Of a stretch of 64,000 nucleotides of DNA, positions 1-9,714 are shown in pieces; position 1 is the first letter of the stretch, and each line of letters begins with the position of its first letter. Origin of the DNA: an uncultured Candidatus Saccharibacteria bacterium (GTDB lineage: Bacteria; Patescibacteriota; Dojkabacteria; GCA-002793355); contig CAZGEO010000001.1 in the NCBI GenBank assembly GCA_964525295.1, positions 150,360 through 214,359 of the forward strand, written 5' to 3'. A program made the position numbers and the translations under genes. Under the pieces are notes generated by a model, which was given only the letters and a program-made list of their open reading frames with translations, made no database searches and had not been told where the DNA came from.

Positions 1-2
1 TA

Positions 3-1562
3 GAACTCGACAATGGAGAAACCTGGAAAACACCTATCGATATAAAAAAAGTTAGTTATCAACGTTTACCTTCAGCAACAAATCTAGATGAAGAGCTTCC
101 TGTACTTGAAGTGTATGATGAATCAACAACAGACGGAGGCTACAAATTCCTTCGTATTGGTCAAGAAGATGTGTATATAACCGGCGCCTATCTCTACGAA
201 ATAGTCTACTCGATGAAAAATGTGATTCGATTTTTCGATGATAGAGAAGAGTTGTATCAAAACATAAATGGCAATCTTTCTGAGCTTGCAACTTTGAGTG
301 TTTCTGCCGAAATCTCTCCTAAACGTGAAACAACGAATTTGGCCTGTTTCACAGGAAGTGCCGGATCAACCGCTTCTGATTGCTCGATTAATGTCGAAAA
401 TTCGGGCAATGTTTTTTCACGTTCCACAAAACCATTTACAACGCACGAAGGATTAACCGTAGGTATAGCGTTTCCTAAGGGAACTTTTACCGGTCCATCA
501 GCGCTTGAAAAACTGCTTTGGCAATTACTCATTTGGCTACCTGTACTCTTTATCATTCCACTCTTTTACTACGCATTCACGACATGGAGTAAATTCGGCA
601 AAGACAAACCGATGACAGCCATACCTCCAGTATTTTTGGTACCAAAAGAATTACAAAATCAATCATTAAGTATCCTAAAGTATCTTGAGAAAATGAATAC
701 TTCTGATACGCCTTTTTTGGCAGAATTAATCAGATTAGCCGAAGCTGGCTTTCTCACCATCAATTTTGAAAACAAAAAATTCTCTTTAACTATATCACCT
801 GAACAAAAACAGAAACTTGAAGTTCATCTTGCGACCCAGCCTGATTATATTCAAAAACTTGTGATGACTTTCACAAGAAATTTGAGTGAATACACCGAGC
901 TCAATACGTTAAAATCAGTCTACGACGACATCCAACGAATCAATGATGCTGCGAAAGAAGAGTTCGAAAAATCGACACTTATCGAAAAAACTTCAGTTCG
1001 CAAACGAACAACATTAATTGTTCTCATGACATTACTCTTTATAGCAGCTGGCGTATCTTTCTTTGTTGTTATTTCACTTGAAGAAGCAGCTCTACTTACC
1101 TGGCCACTTTCACTAGGAATTTCTGGTATCATTTTTACGATTGCACAAAGTGGAATGCTTAAAAGAACTCCAGCAGGAGACACATTATTGCTTGAGTTAC
1201 TTGGGTTGCGAAAATATATTGCAACAGCAGAAGTCGAACGACTTGCTTTCTTCAATGACCCCGCAAAAATGATTGCGCATTTTGAAGAGTTGTTGCCGTA
1301 CGCAATTGTTTTTGGGCTTGAAAAGAAATGGGCTGCAGTATTCACCCCAATTTTAGAGCAAATGCAGTATGAGCCAACCTGGTACACCGGCAACGCACCT
1401 GTTTATCATGCATTAAACAGCACTTTCTATAACATGAGTTCGGTATTCGCAAGTACTGCTGCAACTCTGGCAACACCACCAAAATCGAGTAGTGGCGGAT
1501 TTAGCGGGGGTGGTGGGTTCAGTGGCGGGGGAAGTGGTGGTGGTGGTACGGGATCTTGGTAG
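3..1562 (+). CDS. DUF2207-like predicted membrane protein. It is 5'-partial, with the reading frame open to the window edge. It has an extracellular N-domain, TM helices, an LGLRKYI motif and a C-terminal Gly-rich tail (GGFSGGGGFSGGGSGGGGTGSW).
   Basis: The frame stays open upstream of the GTG at 111 all the way to nt 3. Hydrophobic segments are LIWLPVLFIIPLFYYAF and LIVLMTLLFIAAGVSFFVVISL. The glycine-rich C-terminus is typical of the DUF2207 family. The family call is from memory, not a search. Confidence 0.5.
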   Translation, partial: ELDNGETWKTPIDIKKVSYQRLPSATNLDEELPVLEVYDESTTDGGYKFLRIGQEDVYITGAYLYEIVYSMKNVIRFFDDREELYQNINGNLSELATLSVSAEISPKRETTNLACFTGSAGSTASDCSINVENSGNVFSRSTKPFTTHEGLTVGIAFPKGTFTGPSALEKLLWQLLIWLPVLFIIPLFYYAFTTWSKFGKDKPMTAIPPVFLVPKELQNQSLSILKYLEKMNTSDTPFLAELIRLAEAGFLTINFENKKFSLTISPEQKQKLEVHLATQPDYIQKLVMTFTRNLSEYTELNTLKSVYDDIQRINDAAKEEFEKSTLIEKTSVRKRTTLIVLMTLLFIAAGVSFFVVISLEEAALLTWPLSLGISGIIFTIAQSGMLKRTPAGDTLLLELLGLRKYIATAEVERLAFFNDPAKMIAHFEELLPYAIVFGLEKKWAAVFTPILEQMQYEPTWYTGNAPVYHALNSTFYNMSSVFASTAATLATPPKSSSGGFSGGGGFSGGGSGGGGTGSW

Positions 1563-1606
1563 CAATTGATAATTATCAATTATTTCCTTTTGTGTTACTA
1601 TTATAA

Positions 1607-2359
1607 ATGTACTGCCATCGTAGAGTAAAAGCTTTCACCTTATTCGAATTACTCATCGTTTTGGCGATTGTTGGTGGAGCAATGCTTTTTACCACAAATT
1701 TTACTGCACGTATCCGAGAAACCTTTGTTGCCCAACAATATGTTAAAACAATTCTTCAACAAAGTCGTACAGCACGAAGAAAATCGATGCTTATCACTAG
1801 AAATTCAAATGACACAGGGTGGGTTCACGGAATTGGTATGCAGCTCAAAAAGAATCAAAATGGCTGGCAACTCTCGTTGATTAAGGCACTCGGCAATGAA
1901 AGTCAAAATATCTTTTACCGTTCCTATCCAACAGAAGTTTCGCAACTTAGATTTGAAGAGGTTGACGCTGCTTTCCGGCAATATCTACCCGAAGGAGTAC
2001 AGCTAAGTATATCCGCACAAAACGTTACCGGCTCATTGCAAGCACGTTGCCTGCGCGACGGTACCGAATTTCTCTTGCTATTCGAATCCATTAATGGAAA
2101 ATTACACGCGTATTGCTATAGCCAAGCTACTGCAGGTAGCTACGTGGATATTACTGCCGATGAAGCAGCTTCAGGAGAAGGTTCACAAAATAAACAAATT
2201 GAAATTTCTTTAATTTACCCAAATCAAGGGAAGCATCAATCGCGTGTCTTAATATCACAAAATGGCGACATCAGCGTACAAAATGATAACATTGTCAAAG
2301 AAGAAGAACCCGTTGATGAAGAAGAAGGTGAGGAAGGAGGTGAAAATGAAGGAGAATAA
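1607..2359 (+). CDS. Type IV pilin-like protein, minor or pseudopilin 1. It has a prepilin N-terminus and an acidic Glu-rich C-terminal tail.
   Basis: N-terminus MYCHRRVKA|FTLFELLIVLAIVGG has a class III signal: F at +1, E at +5 and a hydrophobic helix. Ala is at -1 instead of Gly. C-terminus is EEEPVDEEEGEEGGENEGE. Confidence 0.7.
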   Translation: MYCHRRVKAFTLFELLIVLAIVGGAMLFTTNFTARIRETFVAQQYVKTILQQSRTARRKSMLITRNSNDTGWVHGIGMQLKKNQNGWQLSLIKALGNESQNIFYRSYPTEVSQLRFEEVDAAFRQYLPEGVQLSISAQNVTGSLQARCLRDGTEFLLLFESINGKLHAYCYSQATAGSYVDITADEAASGEGSQNKQIEISLIYPNQGKHQSRVLISQNGDISVQNDNIVKEEEPVDEEEGEEGGENEGE

Positions 2360-2954
2360 TAAAAAAATTGTACGAGCAATTGCTATGACTTTAGTGGAAG
2401 TGCTTGTTGCGCTTGCAATTATTTCATTTGTCTTCTCATCATTAACACAAATGACCTTTGACGGGCTAAAACGCACTAAAAAACTCGAGTTACAAGACAA
2501 AATGAGAAATTATGCAACTGAAGCAGTTCAAATCATTTACAACGCAAAAAACGTAAATTGGCAGGGTAGTGGTGGATTCACTAAAATGCTTCCTCCTGTT
2601 ACCGCCGGAATTATCCCACAGGTGTATGTGAACTACGATGACTTCGAAGGCACAAGACTTCTTGAACTTTCACCAGCCGATTGTAGTTACGACGCTAAGC
2701 GTAAGGTTATTGTTGGTGCTGATTGTGCCAAAGTTATCCCACCAGAAACGCTCGAAAGAAACATGATCTTTGGAAGAGTAATTCAACGACTTGATAATGA
2801 TATTATCGACACAGGCGAAGAACCGTTAAGCGATACCGTTAACGATGCGGAAATCAGCATTATTGTCGCTTGCATTGATGATATGTGTGATCCCTCTGAA
2901 TTCGCTCCATTTATTCTAAATTTTAAAGTTTTCCGTACCGGTGCAGCACAATAA
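2346..2954 (+). CDS. Type IV pilin-like protein, minor or pseudopilin 2.
   Basis: ATG at 2346 is preceded by the Shine-Dalgarno-like AGGAGGTG at 2332-2339. N-terminus MKENNKKIVRAIA|MTLVEVLVALAIISF has E at +5. The longer track ORF from 2262 lacks an RBS and overlaps the upstream gene. Confidence 0.7.
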   Translation: MKENNKKIVRAIAMTLVEVLVALAIISFVFSSLTQMTFDGLKRTKKLELQDKMRNYATEAVQIIYNAKNVNWQGSGGFTKMLPPVTAGIIPQVYVNYDDFEGTRLLELSPADCSYDAKRKVIVGADCAKVIPPETLERNMIFGRVIQRLDNDIIDTGEEPLSDTVNDAEISIIVACIDDMCDPSEFAPFILNFKVFRTGAAQ

Positions 2955-3495
2955 TAAAACGATAAAAGTCCTAGATGCCTTTACTTTGGTCGAAACACTC
3001 ATTGCGATGTCGCTCATCGCGGTATTATTTGTTCTCATCATGCAAGCCCTTAGTTCAATGCTCTTGGGGTCATTACTTATAGAGGCAAGAACAGCGGTAA
3101 GAACAGAAGGAGAATTTGTTGGCGAATATCTCAAGCTGCGCATTAAAAATGCTGACCCAGCATCACTCGTTTGTGATGATGAATCAGATTTGAAACCTAT
3201 TACCTGGCAAACCAAAGGTTCAAGTGATACGCATACCTTCTATTTTGACGAACCTAATGATCGCTTTTGCCTTGACAACGACAGTACTCAAGCTAGCGCC
3301 TGCGATACCGTTCTAACATATAATGATGTTATTGTTCACGATGTTATAGTTAACTGTGAAAGCACCATTGATGACATTACCGGTCAACAGTTTACCACCG
3401 TTAATCTTATGTTTGACCTTGACTCGACGCAGAAATATGGAGATGGACCAGCAGTTGCAAATGTATCACGTTTCATAAACATCGCTATCAGATAA
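2941..3495 (+). CDS. Type IV pilin-like protein, minor or pseudopilin 3.
   Basis: GTG start. N-terminus ...KVLDA|FTLVETLIAMSLIAVLFVLI fits the prepilin motif with E at +5. Start overlaps the preceding gene by 14 nt, suggesting translational coupling. Confidence 0.6.
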   Translation: MQHNNKTIKVLDAFTLVETLIAMSLIAVLFVLIMQALSSMLLGSLLIEARTAVRTEGEFVGEYLKLRIKNADPASLVCDDESDLKPITWQTKGSSDTHTFYFDEPNDRFCLDNDSTQASACDTVLTYNDVIVHDVIVNCESTIDDITGQQFTTVNLMFDLDSTQKYGDGPAVANVSRFINIAIR

Positions 3496-3596
3496 ATATT
3501 CTTACGCTTTGAGTCCACGTCGTTGATATTGCTTTCACCCACGCACACACAAGCATGTGACTCTAGCTTGAGAATAGATATTCAAAAAATCTATGA

Positions 3597-4346
3597 TTAC
3601 AGTGTCAGTAATGACATAAACACCAGCGGAAGAAAGAGTGTAAGAAGTGGGATTTTCTGTCCACTTCGTAGTCGTTTTTGCATCAATAAGTAGAACATAG
3701 CCATAACTGCGACTATTGCAAGAATAATTGTCATTCTGGTGAACCCTAGAAGCCCAACAGCAACAGAAAAGGCGATTATATCAGCGCTTCCAAATAGCGC
3801 ACCAAATTCAATATTTTCATCGCGCTTAAGCAGTTTAACCAGCCCAACAGAAAGTACAATAATACCTAGAATAAGTAGAATATCGAGATAGAATATAGTG
3901 CTATTGCCCATCAAGTACCACAATAAAACAAGACTCAACTGCCCAACAACTAGCCAAGAGACGGGAACAGAAAAGCGCTTTGAATCTTCGTACATCAGTA
4001 AACTCGTACATGCAAAAGCGAACAAACCAACAGCAAAAATCAAATGATTTATTCCAAAAGCGAGGTATAAAACAAATAACACCCAAGCCCATGTTGCTGA
4101 AAAGAGTAGTTCAAATCGTAAATAATCGAGTGAAACTTTTTTACCGCAGTAGATGCACTTTTGCTTCACAAGAAAGACACCAATGAAAGGCAAAAGTGCA
4201 TACCATGGCAACTCTTGTTTACAAGCATCACACTGCGATCTGCCAGCAATAGATTTCAAAAATGAACCACGATCAACAATAAGCTGCACATACTCTGACA
4301 TAATTATACCGACAACAAGCCAGAATATGAGCAGTATTTGATCCAT
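3597..4346 (-). CDS. pilD: Type IV prepilin peptidase, A24 family (PilD/ComC-like).
   Basis: N-terminal tetra-Cys zinc motif CDACKQ...CIYCGK. Polytopic membrane protein with Asp-containing motifs (GSADIIAF). Length 249 aa. Sits next to the pilin genes. Confidence 0.85.
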   Translation of the reverse strand: MDQILLIFWLVVGIIMSEYVQLIVDRGSFLKSIAGRSQCDACKQELPWYALLPFIGVFLVKQKCIYCGKKVSLDYLRFELLFSATWAWVLFVLYLAFGINHLIFAVGLFAFACTSLLMYEDSKRFSVPVSWLVVGQLSLVLLWYLMGNSTIFYLDILLILGIIVLSVGLVKLLKRDENIEFGALFGSADIIAFSVAVGLLGFTRMTIILAIVAVMAMFYLLMQKRLRSGQKIPLLTLFLPLVFMSLLTL

Positions 4347-4352
4347 AATTCG

Positions 4353-4952
4353 TTATTGAGCTTTTTGCATTCCTGCACAAGCGATTGCTGATTGATCTGA
4401 ACCAACACAGTAACAATCTTTGTTCTTTGAAGCATCATTTCTTTCGACATTACCACCACGTGGGTTCTCGGTTACAGCACATACGGTTGCTCGCAATGCT
4501 GCACCATCAGTAGTTCGGCGAATGTAGTAATAGCGAATTTCGTTATAGTTATTCTCTTTTGAGAATGGTCCCCATGAGAATTCACCTTCAAAATATTCTG
4601 CAAGACCACCTTTACCTCGAACATTAATTAACGAAGAAGTGTCTGAGGTAAATGCTGTATTACAAGCTTTAACATTAGCCAAATCGACAGTTGTCTTTGT
4701 TGAATCAACGCCATCACCGACTGGATCACCAGCACCGAATTTACCAGAGTTATAAATACACCCTGGATATGTTTGGAAGTCAGCATAATATGCTGTTAAA
4801 GCAGTTTGAATCTGATTAACAATGTTTCTTCGCTGAGTGTCTCGACCTTGGCGTAGTGCGAATGTTAAGCCGGCGTATGCGCCAACTGACAAAAAGGCAA
4901 TAATTGCCATAACTACCATAAGCTCGACGAGGGTAAAACCTTTAACTTTCAT
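4353..4952 (-). CDS. pilA: Type IV major pilin (PilA-like).
   Basis: MKVKG|FTLVELMVVMAIIAFL is a canonical prepilin signal with G at -1, F at +1 and E at +5. Length 199 aa. C-terminal Cys pairs (CYCVG...CAG) suggest a disulfide-bonded loop. Confidence 0.8.
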   Translation of the reverse strand: MKVKGFTLVELMVVMAIIAFLSVGAYAGLTFALRQGRDTQRRNIVNQIQTALTAYYADFQTYPGCIYNSGKFGAGDPVGDGVDSTKTTVDLANVKACNTAFTSDTSSLINVRGKGGLAEYFEGEFSWGPFSKENNYNEIRYYYIRRTTDGAALRATVCAVTENPRGGNVERNDASKNKDCYCVGSDQSAIACAGMQKAQ

Positions 4953-5020
4953 TATTGAGCAGATCAGTTTATATACCAGAAAGATACCTCAATCGCATAA
5001 TTGTGTCAATGACGTTTCAA

Positions 5021-6244
5021 TTACTGAATTGATTGCGTCAACTGGAACATTGGATAGTAAATTGACGCGACAATTACTGCAACAATTCCACCCATAACGA
5101 CCAAAAGTATTGGTTCAAGTAATGATGATAATGCCGACGTTGCAGCCCTAATTTCTAGATCAAAATACCTCGCAATTTTTTGCAATACTTTATCAAGTTG
5201 ACCAGTTTCTTGCCCCACATTAACCATATATCCAACGATCGTAGGGAAATGCTGACTTTGTAGTAATGGAACTGCTATCGAAACACCACGACGAACCTGA
5301 TCACGCATATTGGCGACTTCATCTTTGAACCATAAGTTACTTAACGTTGCTTCAGTCAATTCTAACGTCTGAATAATTGGCACACCGCTACTGATAAGAA
5401 GATACAACACGCGACTAAACGTTGCTACTTGTATCTTCACCATAAGCACCCCAATAATTGGAATGCTAATGAGTAACTTGTCCCAAACACGGCGACCTTC
5501 AGGCGTCGAAATGAAATATCTACCACCAACAATTGCACCAACCACGATCAGTATAACAATATACCAGTAATTAATAAGAAATTGACTCAATCCAATGACC
5601 ATCTTTGTTATTAACGGTAGTTCAGTATTGAATGATTTGAAAGCTTCCTGCATTTGCGGAACAACTACCGTAATCAGGAAAATGACTACACCAAGCATAA
5701 CAACTGTCAAAACCGCAGGATAGGCAAGTGCAGAAACCACTTTGGAGGTTAATGCTGAACGTTGTTCATATTCACGAGCTAATTTTCTAAAAATTCTCCC
5801 TAAATTACCGCTTTGCTCACCGGCTTTAATCAAATTTATTGCAATTGAATCAAACACATCTGGATATTTTGCAAGCGCATCTGATAACGGAACACCCGAC
5901 GAGACAGTTTTCAATACTTCTTTCAAAACGCGCTGAAAGCGCGGATTTTGAGTTTGTGTACTCAATACTTCAAGAGCTCGAGTAATTGATAACCCCGCAT
6001 TAATCATAATTGAGAACTGCTTTAAGAAAATCATTTTTTCTTTAAGCGGAATTCCCCCAATATTAATCTCTTTTAATCGCTCAATCGACAAAAATCTAGA
6101 AACCTCATCAACTGAAAGTGGCGATAAATTACGCTGAAACAATTGCTGCACAACTTCTTCTTTTGTTGCTGCTTGCAATGATCCCTTAACCTTACCACCA
6201 TCTTTATTCAATGCAACGTATTCGTATAATTTTTTGTCTTCCAT
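5021..6244 (-). CDS. pilC: Type IV pilus assembly platform protein PilC (GspF family).
   Basis: 407 aa with two GspF-like repeats and three TM segments. Conserved blocks include GxPLSxAL and QxxETGxL. Lies between pilA and pilT. Confidence 0.9.
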   Translation of the reverse strand: MEDKKLYEYVALNKDGGKVKGSLQAATKEEVVQQLFQRNLSPLSVDEVSRFLSIERLKEINIGGIPLKEKMIFLKQFSIMINAGLSITRALEVLSTQTQNPRFQRVLKEVLKTVSSGVPLSDALAKYPDVFDSIAINLIKAGEQSGNLGRIFRKLAREYEQRSALTSKVVSALAYPAVLTVVMLGVVIFLITVVVPQMQEAFKSFNTELPLITKMVIGLSQFLINYWYIVILIVVGAIVGGRYFISTPEGRRVWDKLLISIPIIGVLMVKIQVATFSRVLYLLISSGVPIIQTLELTEATLSNLWFKDEVANMRDQVRRGVSIAVPLLQSQHFPTIVGYMVNVGQETGQLDKVLQKIARYFDLEIRAATSALSSLLEPILLVVMGGIVAVIVASIYYPMFQLTQSIQ

Positions 6245-7785
6245 TACACCAATTCCTCAAGTAATCTGGCCATTTCAGTCGCATCTAGGGCATAACGCAA
6301 AGCGTCTTCTTGCTGAATTAACCCTTCTTTGTATAGCCCAAGTAATGATCGTTCAAGTGTAATCATGCCGAGATCTAGACTCGTTCTGATGATATTATCG
6401 ATTTGATAAATCTTGTTTTCTCGAATTAAATTCCTAATTGCTGGAGTCATTAACATGATTTCTAAGGCAGCACGTCTACCACCGCCTTTTACAGGAATTA
6501 ATCGTTGCGCAACAACGGCTTCTAGAACATCTGCCAATTCAGAACGAATCTCATCTTGCTGAACATCTGGGTACATATTTACAATTCTTTGTATTGTCTG
6601 AGCAGCGCTATTTGTGTGTAAAGTTGCAAATACCAAGTGACCAGTTTCAGCGACAGTAATCGCCGAAGAAATTGTTTCAAGATCACGCATTTCTCCGACC
6701 AAAACTACATCTGGATCTTCACGAAGTGCAGAACGAAGTGCACCTTTCCAGGAGTGAGTGTCATCACCGAGTTCTCGCTGTGAAACAAGTGCCTTTTGTT
6801 GAGGAAAGACATATTCTACTGGATCTTCAATAGTCAGAATATGTTTTGGATGTTTCATGTTAATTTCTTGAATTACTGCAGCCAAAGAAGTTGACTTACC
6901 ATGGCCTGTTGGACCAGTAACAAGAACCAATCCTTGTTCAAGATCAGTAAATTTATGAAACAAATCTGGAAGTTTCAATTCATCAATTGTTCTAATTCTC
7001 GTAGGAATTAAACGGAAAGCTGCAGACAAATAACCACGCTGCCAGTATGCATTAATACGAAATCGACCAGCATCTTTATGTTGATATGCTAAATCTACCT
7101 CGCGATTTACTTCAAGTTGCTCCTTTTTGTCATCTGGCAAAACTGAATAAATCAATTCTTTTGCTATTTGTGGCGTAATAATTACTGAACCAACAGTAAC
7201 TAAAGATCCATCGATACGAACCATTGGCAAATAGCCAACGACTAAATGGAGATCAGAGGCATCTTGCGCAATAACCAAATCTAATAATTGCTTAATTTCA
7301 TATGGACCACTTACCGAAATATTTCCTACAGCTGGTTCTTGTGGCTGCGCTGGCGAAATTGGCGTAGCAACAACAGGCGAACCTAAATCTGGCTGTGGGG
7401 CCACGGGTTGCGTAACCTCAGGAAAGGTAACTGCTGGCGTTACTACCGCAGGTGTTGACGATACAGGAACATCACTCGAAGAAACTGGAGGCTGAGTTAC
7501 TGTAGGTTGACTTGCAACAGCATTCTCTGTAACCGTCTCGGTTACCTGTGTTGATTGCACAACATTTACTGGTTGTTCTGATACAGTCGGAATCGGCGCT
7601 GCTGGTGATTGCCCAGTCATTTGTTTAAGCATTGCAAGTGGATCTAAAAAACCTGGTTTTGCGACATCTTGTGCTGACGCATTCATAGGCGTAGATGAAA
7701 CCGGTGGCAAACCAGAACTTGTTTGCGGTAACGGAGGTAATTGAGTGTTTGGCGGTTGTATCGGAGTTCCTGTGTTTAAATCCAT
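6244..7785 (-). CDS. pilT: PilT-type twitching-motility/retraction ATPase with an N-terminal low-complexity extension of about 170 aa.
   Basis: Core matches PilT: ASDLHL, Walker A GPTGHGKST, DPVEY, an Asp box, and HLVFATLHTNSAAQTIQRIV. The N-terminal ~170 aa are rich in Pro/Thr/Ser/Val/Gln with no in-frame stop. Confidence 0.85.
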   Translation of the reverse strand: MDLNTGTPIQPPNTQLPPLPQTSSGLPPVSSTPMNASAQDVAKPGFLDPLAMLKQMTGQSPAAPIPTVSEQPVNVVQSTQVTETVTENAVASQPTVTQPPVSSSDVPVSSTPAVVTPAVTFPEVTQPVAPQPDLGSPVVATPISPAQPQEPAVGNISVSGPYEIKQLLDLVIAQDASDLHLVVGYLPMVRIDGSLVTVGSVIITPQIAKELIYSVLPDDKKEQLEVNREVDLAYQHKDAGRFRINAYWQRGYLSAAFRLIPTRIRTIDELKLPDLFHKFTDLEQGLVLVTGPTGHGKSTSLAAVIQEINMKHPKHILTIEDPVEYVFPQQKALVSQRELGDDTHSWKGALRSALREDPDVVLVGEMRDLETISSAITVAETGHLVFATLHTNSAAQTIQRIVNMYPDVQQDEIRSELADVLEAVVAQRLIPVKGGGRRAALEIMLMTPAIRNLIRENKIYQIDNIIRTSLDLGMITLERSLLGLYKEGLIQQEDALRYALDATEMARLLEELV

Positions 7786-7796
7786 AGTTATTAAAA

Positions 7797-9656
7797 TTAC
7801 GTTAATTCACTATCGCTCTTTGCGACACGAGCGACTTCTTCTATTGTTGTAATACCTTCAATTGCTTTAAGATAACCATCTTGCACGATAGTAATCATAC
7901 CTTCTTCTTCGGCTAATTTTTCGAGTGCATCATATTCTGCATTGCGCATTATGCCAGAAGCCATTTTATCGTTGATCATCGCGACTTCAAAGATTGCCAT
8001 ACGACCGCGATATCCTGTTCCACCACACTTTGAACAACCCGTTCCATGATACAAATATATCTGCTGCTGACCATCTGCTGTTAAGTCGGGAGCTTTAACT
8101 GGTGGAGCAAATTTATATTCTGGTTGATCTGGCGACAATACTGGTCGTTTCGCTAAAGTTTCTAAATAGCGTGTTACATCAAAGTTTGCAATGCCACCAA
8201 GAACTTTCGTAACATCATCAACTAATTCTTTTGGTGCAGGTTCAGCAACTCGACAATGTGGACAGATAGTTCGCACCAATCGTTGAGCTACGACACACTT
8301 AACAGTAGAGGCAACCAAGAATGGCTCAATTCCCATGTCAATTAAACGCACAATAGATGAAACCGCACCATTTGTGTGCAATGTTGAAAGAACCAAGTGC
8401 CCCGTAAGTGCAGCTCGAATTGCAAGACGAGCTGTTTCTTCATCACGTACTTCTCCTAGGTACACAATATTCGGATCTTGACGTAGAACTGCGCGCAGTA
8501 CTGTAGCAAAATCGAGGCCAATATCATGATTAACTTGAACTTGAGTAATACCAGGAATTCTAATTTCAACAGGATCTTCAATAGAGATTACGTTGACCTT
8601 TGGATCGTTCAATCTGTTTACAGTACTTGCCAATGTTCTCGTTTTACCACTACCTGTTGGACCGGTAACTAAAACAATTCCGTTAGTAACGCTAATACTC
8701 TCAACATATCGTTTATATGCAGAACCACGCAGGCCAGATTCTTCAAGCGGAGGAATTCCTGTAGTTCTTTCGAGCAAACGCATAACAAGCTTTTCACCGT
8801 ACAACGAAGGTAGAGTAGAGATACGTAAGTCAAACTTTCTTTCGGCGACCTTAATGAAAAGACGACCGTCTTGTGGCATTCTAGTTTCGTCGATTTTCAA
8901 ATTCGACATAATCTTCATTCTTGCAACGACTGGTGGCTGAAGTTCTTTCGGTAATGTCAATTTTTCAGTCATAACACCATCGATACGATAGCGTACGCGA
9001 ACTGATTTTTCTTGAGGTTCAACGTGAATATCTGAAGCACCTGCTTGTGCACCATAAACGAGAATAGAATTAACTATTTTAGCAACAGGTGCACCTTGTA
9101 GATTTTGTGAAACATCAGCAACATCTTCGGTCGAAATCTCAGTTTCCTGAACGCCGGTTTCTTGTTGATACGATGTAACTGCAGCTTGAACATCACCACT
9201 AATCAGATTGCCAAATCTAGTTGAAATATACGTTTGTACTTCTTGCGGAGAAGCCGTGTAAATCTCAACCTGTCGAGGTAAATATTTAACTTTCCAAAAT
9301 TGAATCGCATTCAAGTTGAATGGGTCAGCCATTACAACTTTAACTTTCGTATCGTTTACTTCAAAAGGAAACGCCTGCTGTTCTTTAAGAACATCTACGC
9401 TAACGCCATTTAGTAGTTCAGGGGCTGCCTGAATTGGAGATAAATCATCAATAAATTGAACGTTGTAAACGGCTGCCTTTGTCTTAAAAAGATCTTTTTC
9501 ATTGACTAACTTCTTTTCAAGAATTATCTGCAGTTCAGTCTTATTTTGCTGCGCACATTCGAGTTTAATTTGATCAGCAGTTTGTGCGGTAAGCAAGCCT
9601 CTTTCAACTAAAGCAGTAAGTAGGCGTGTATCAACACCAGTATAGGGCAATGGCAT
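7797..9656 (-). CDS. pilB: Type IV pilus assembly ATPase PilB (GspE family).
   Basis: 619 aa. Walker A is GPTGSGKT. GspE signature blocks present. Tetra-Cys zinc motif CPHCR...CSKCGGTG near the C-terminus. Confidence 0.9.
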   Translation of the reverse strand: MPLPYTGVDTRLLTALVERGLLTAQTADQIKLECAQQNKTELQIILEKKLVNEKDLFKTKAAVYNVQFIDDLSPIQAAPELLNGVSVDVLKEQQAFPFEVNDTKVKVVMADPFNLNAIQFWKVKYLPRQVEIYTASPQEVQTYISTRFGNLISGDVQAAVTSYQQETGVQETEISTEDVADVSQNLQGAPVAKIVNSILVYGAQAGASDIHVEPQEKSVRVRYRIDGVMTEKLTLPKELQPPVVARMKIMSNLKIDETRMPQDGRLFIKVAERKFDLRISTLPSLYGEKLVMRLLERTTGIPPLEESGLRGSAYKRYVESISVTNGIVLVTGPTGSGKTRTLASTVNRLNDPKVNVISIEDPVEIRIPGITQVQVNHDIGLDFATVLRAVLRQDPNIVYLGEVRDEETARLAIRAALTGHLVLSTLHTNGAVSSIVRLIDMGIEPFLVASTVKCVVAQRLVRTICPHCRVAEPAPKELVDDVTKVLGGIANFDVTRYLETLAKRPVLSPDQPEYKFAPPVKAPDLTADGQQQIYLYHGTGCSKCGGTGYRGRMAIFEVAMINDKMASGIMRNAEYDALEKLAEEEGMITIVQDGYLKAIEGITTIEEVARVAKSDSELT

Positions 9657-9714
9657 GTGTCAGTATAGCAAGTTGGGGGGAGCTTGGCAATGAGAACTTT
9701 GGTTCAACTCGATC

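Noticed and set aside
52-291. 79-aa minus-strand ORF at the start of the window
   Set aside because: Antisense to and fully inside the long DUF2207-like ORF. No start context. Typical shadow ORF.
1495-1562. Gly-rich DNA repeat (GGNGGN) at the 3' end of the first gene, as a possible repeat element
   Set aside because: It is in-frame coding for the poly-Gly tail characteristic of the protein family. It is not a mobile or non-coding repeat.
6244-7785. Whether the Pro/Thr-rich N-region of PilT is a separate upstream gene
   Set aside because: No stop codon separates it from the ATPase core, and there is no internal RBS-plus-start arrangement. Kept as a single CDS, with start uncertainty flagged.
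8593-8940. 115-aa plus-strand ORF inside pilB
   Set aside because: Antisense within a well-supported ATPase gene. Low-complexity translation.
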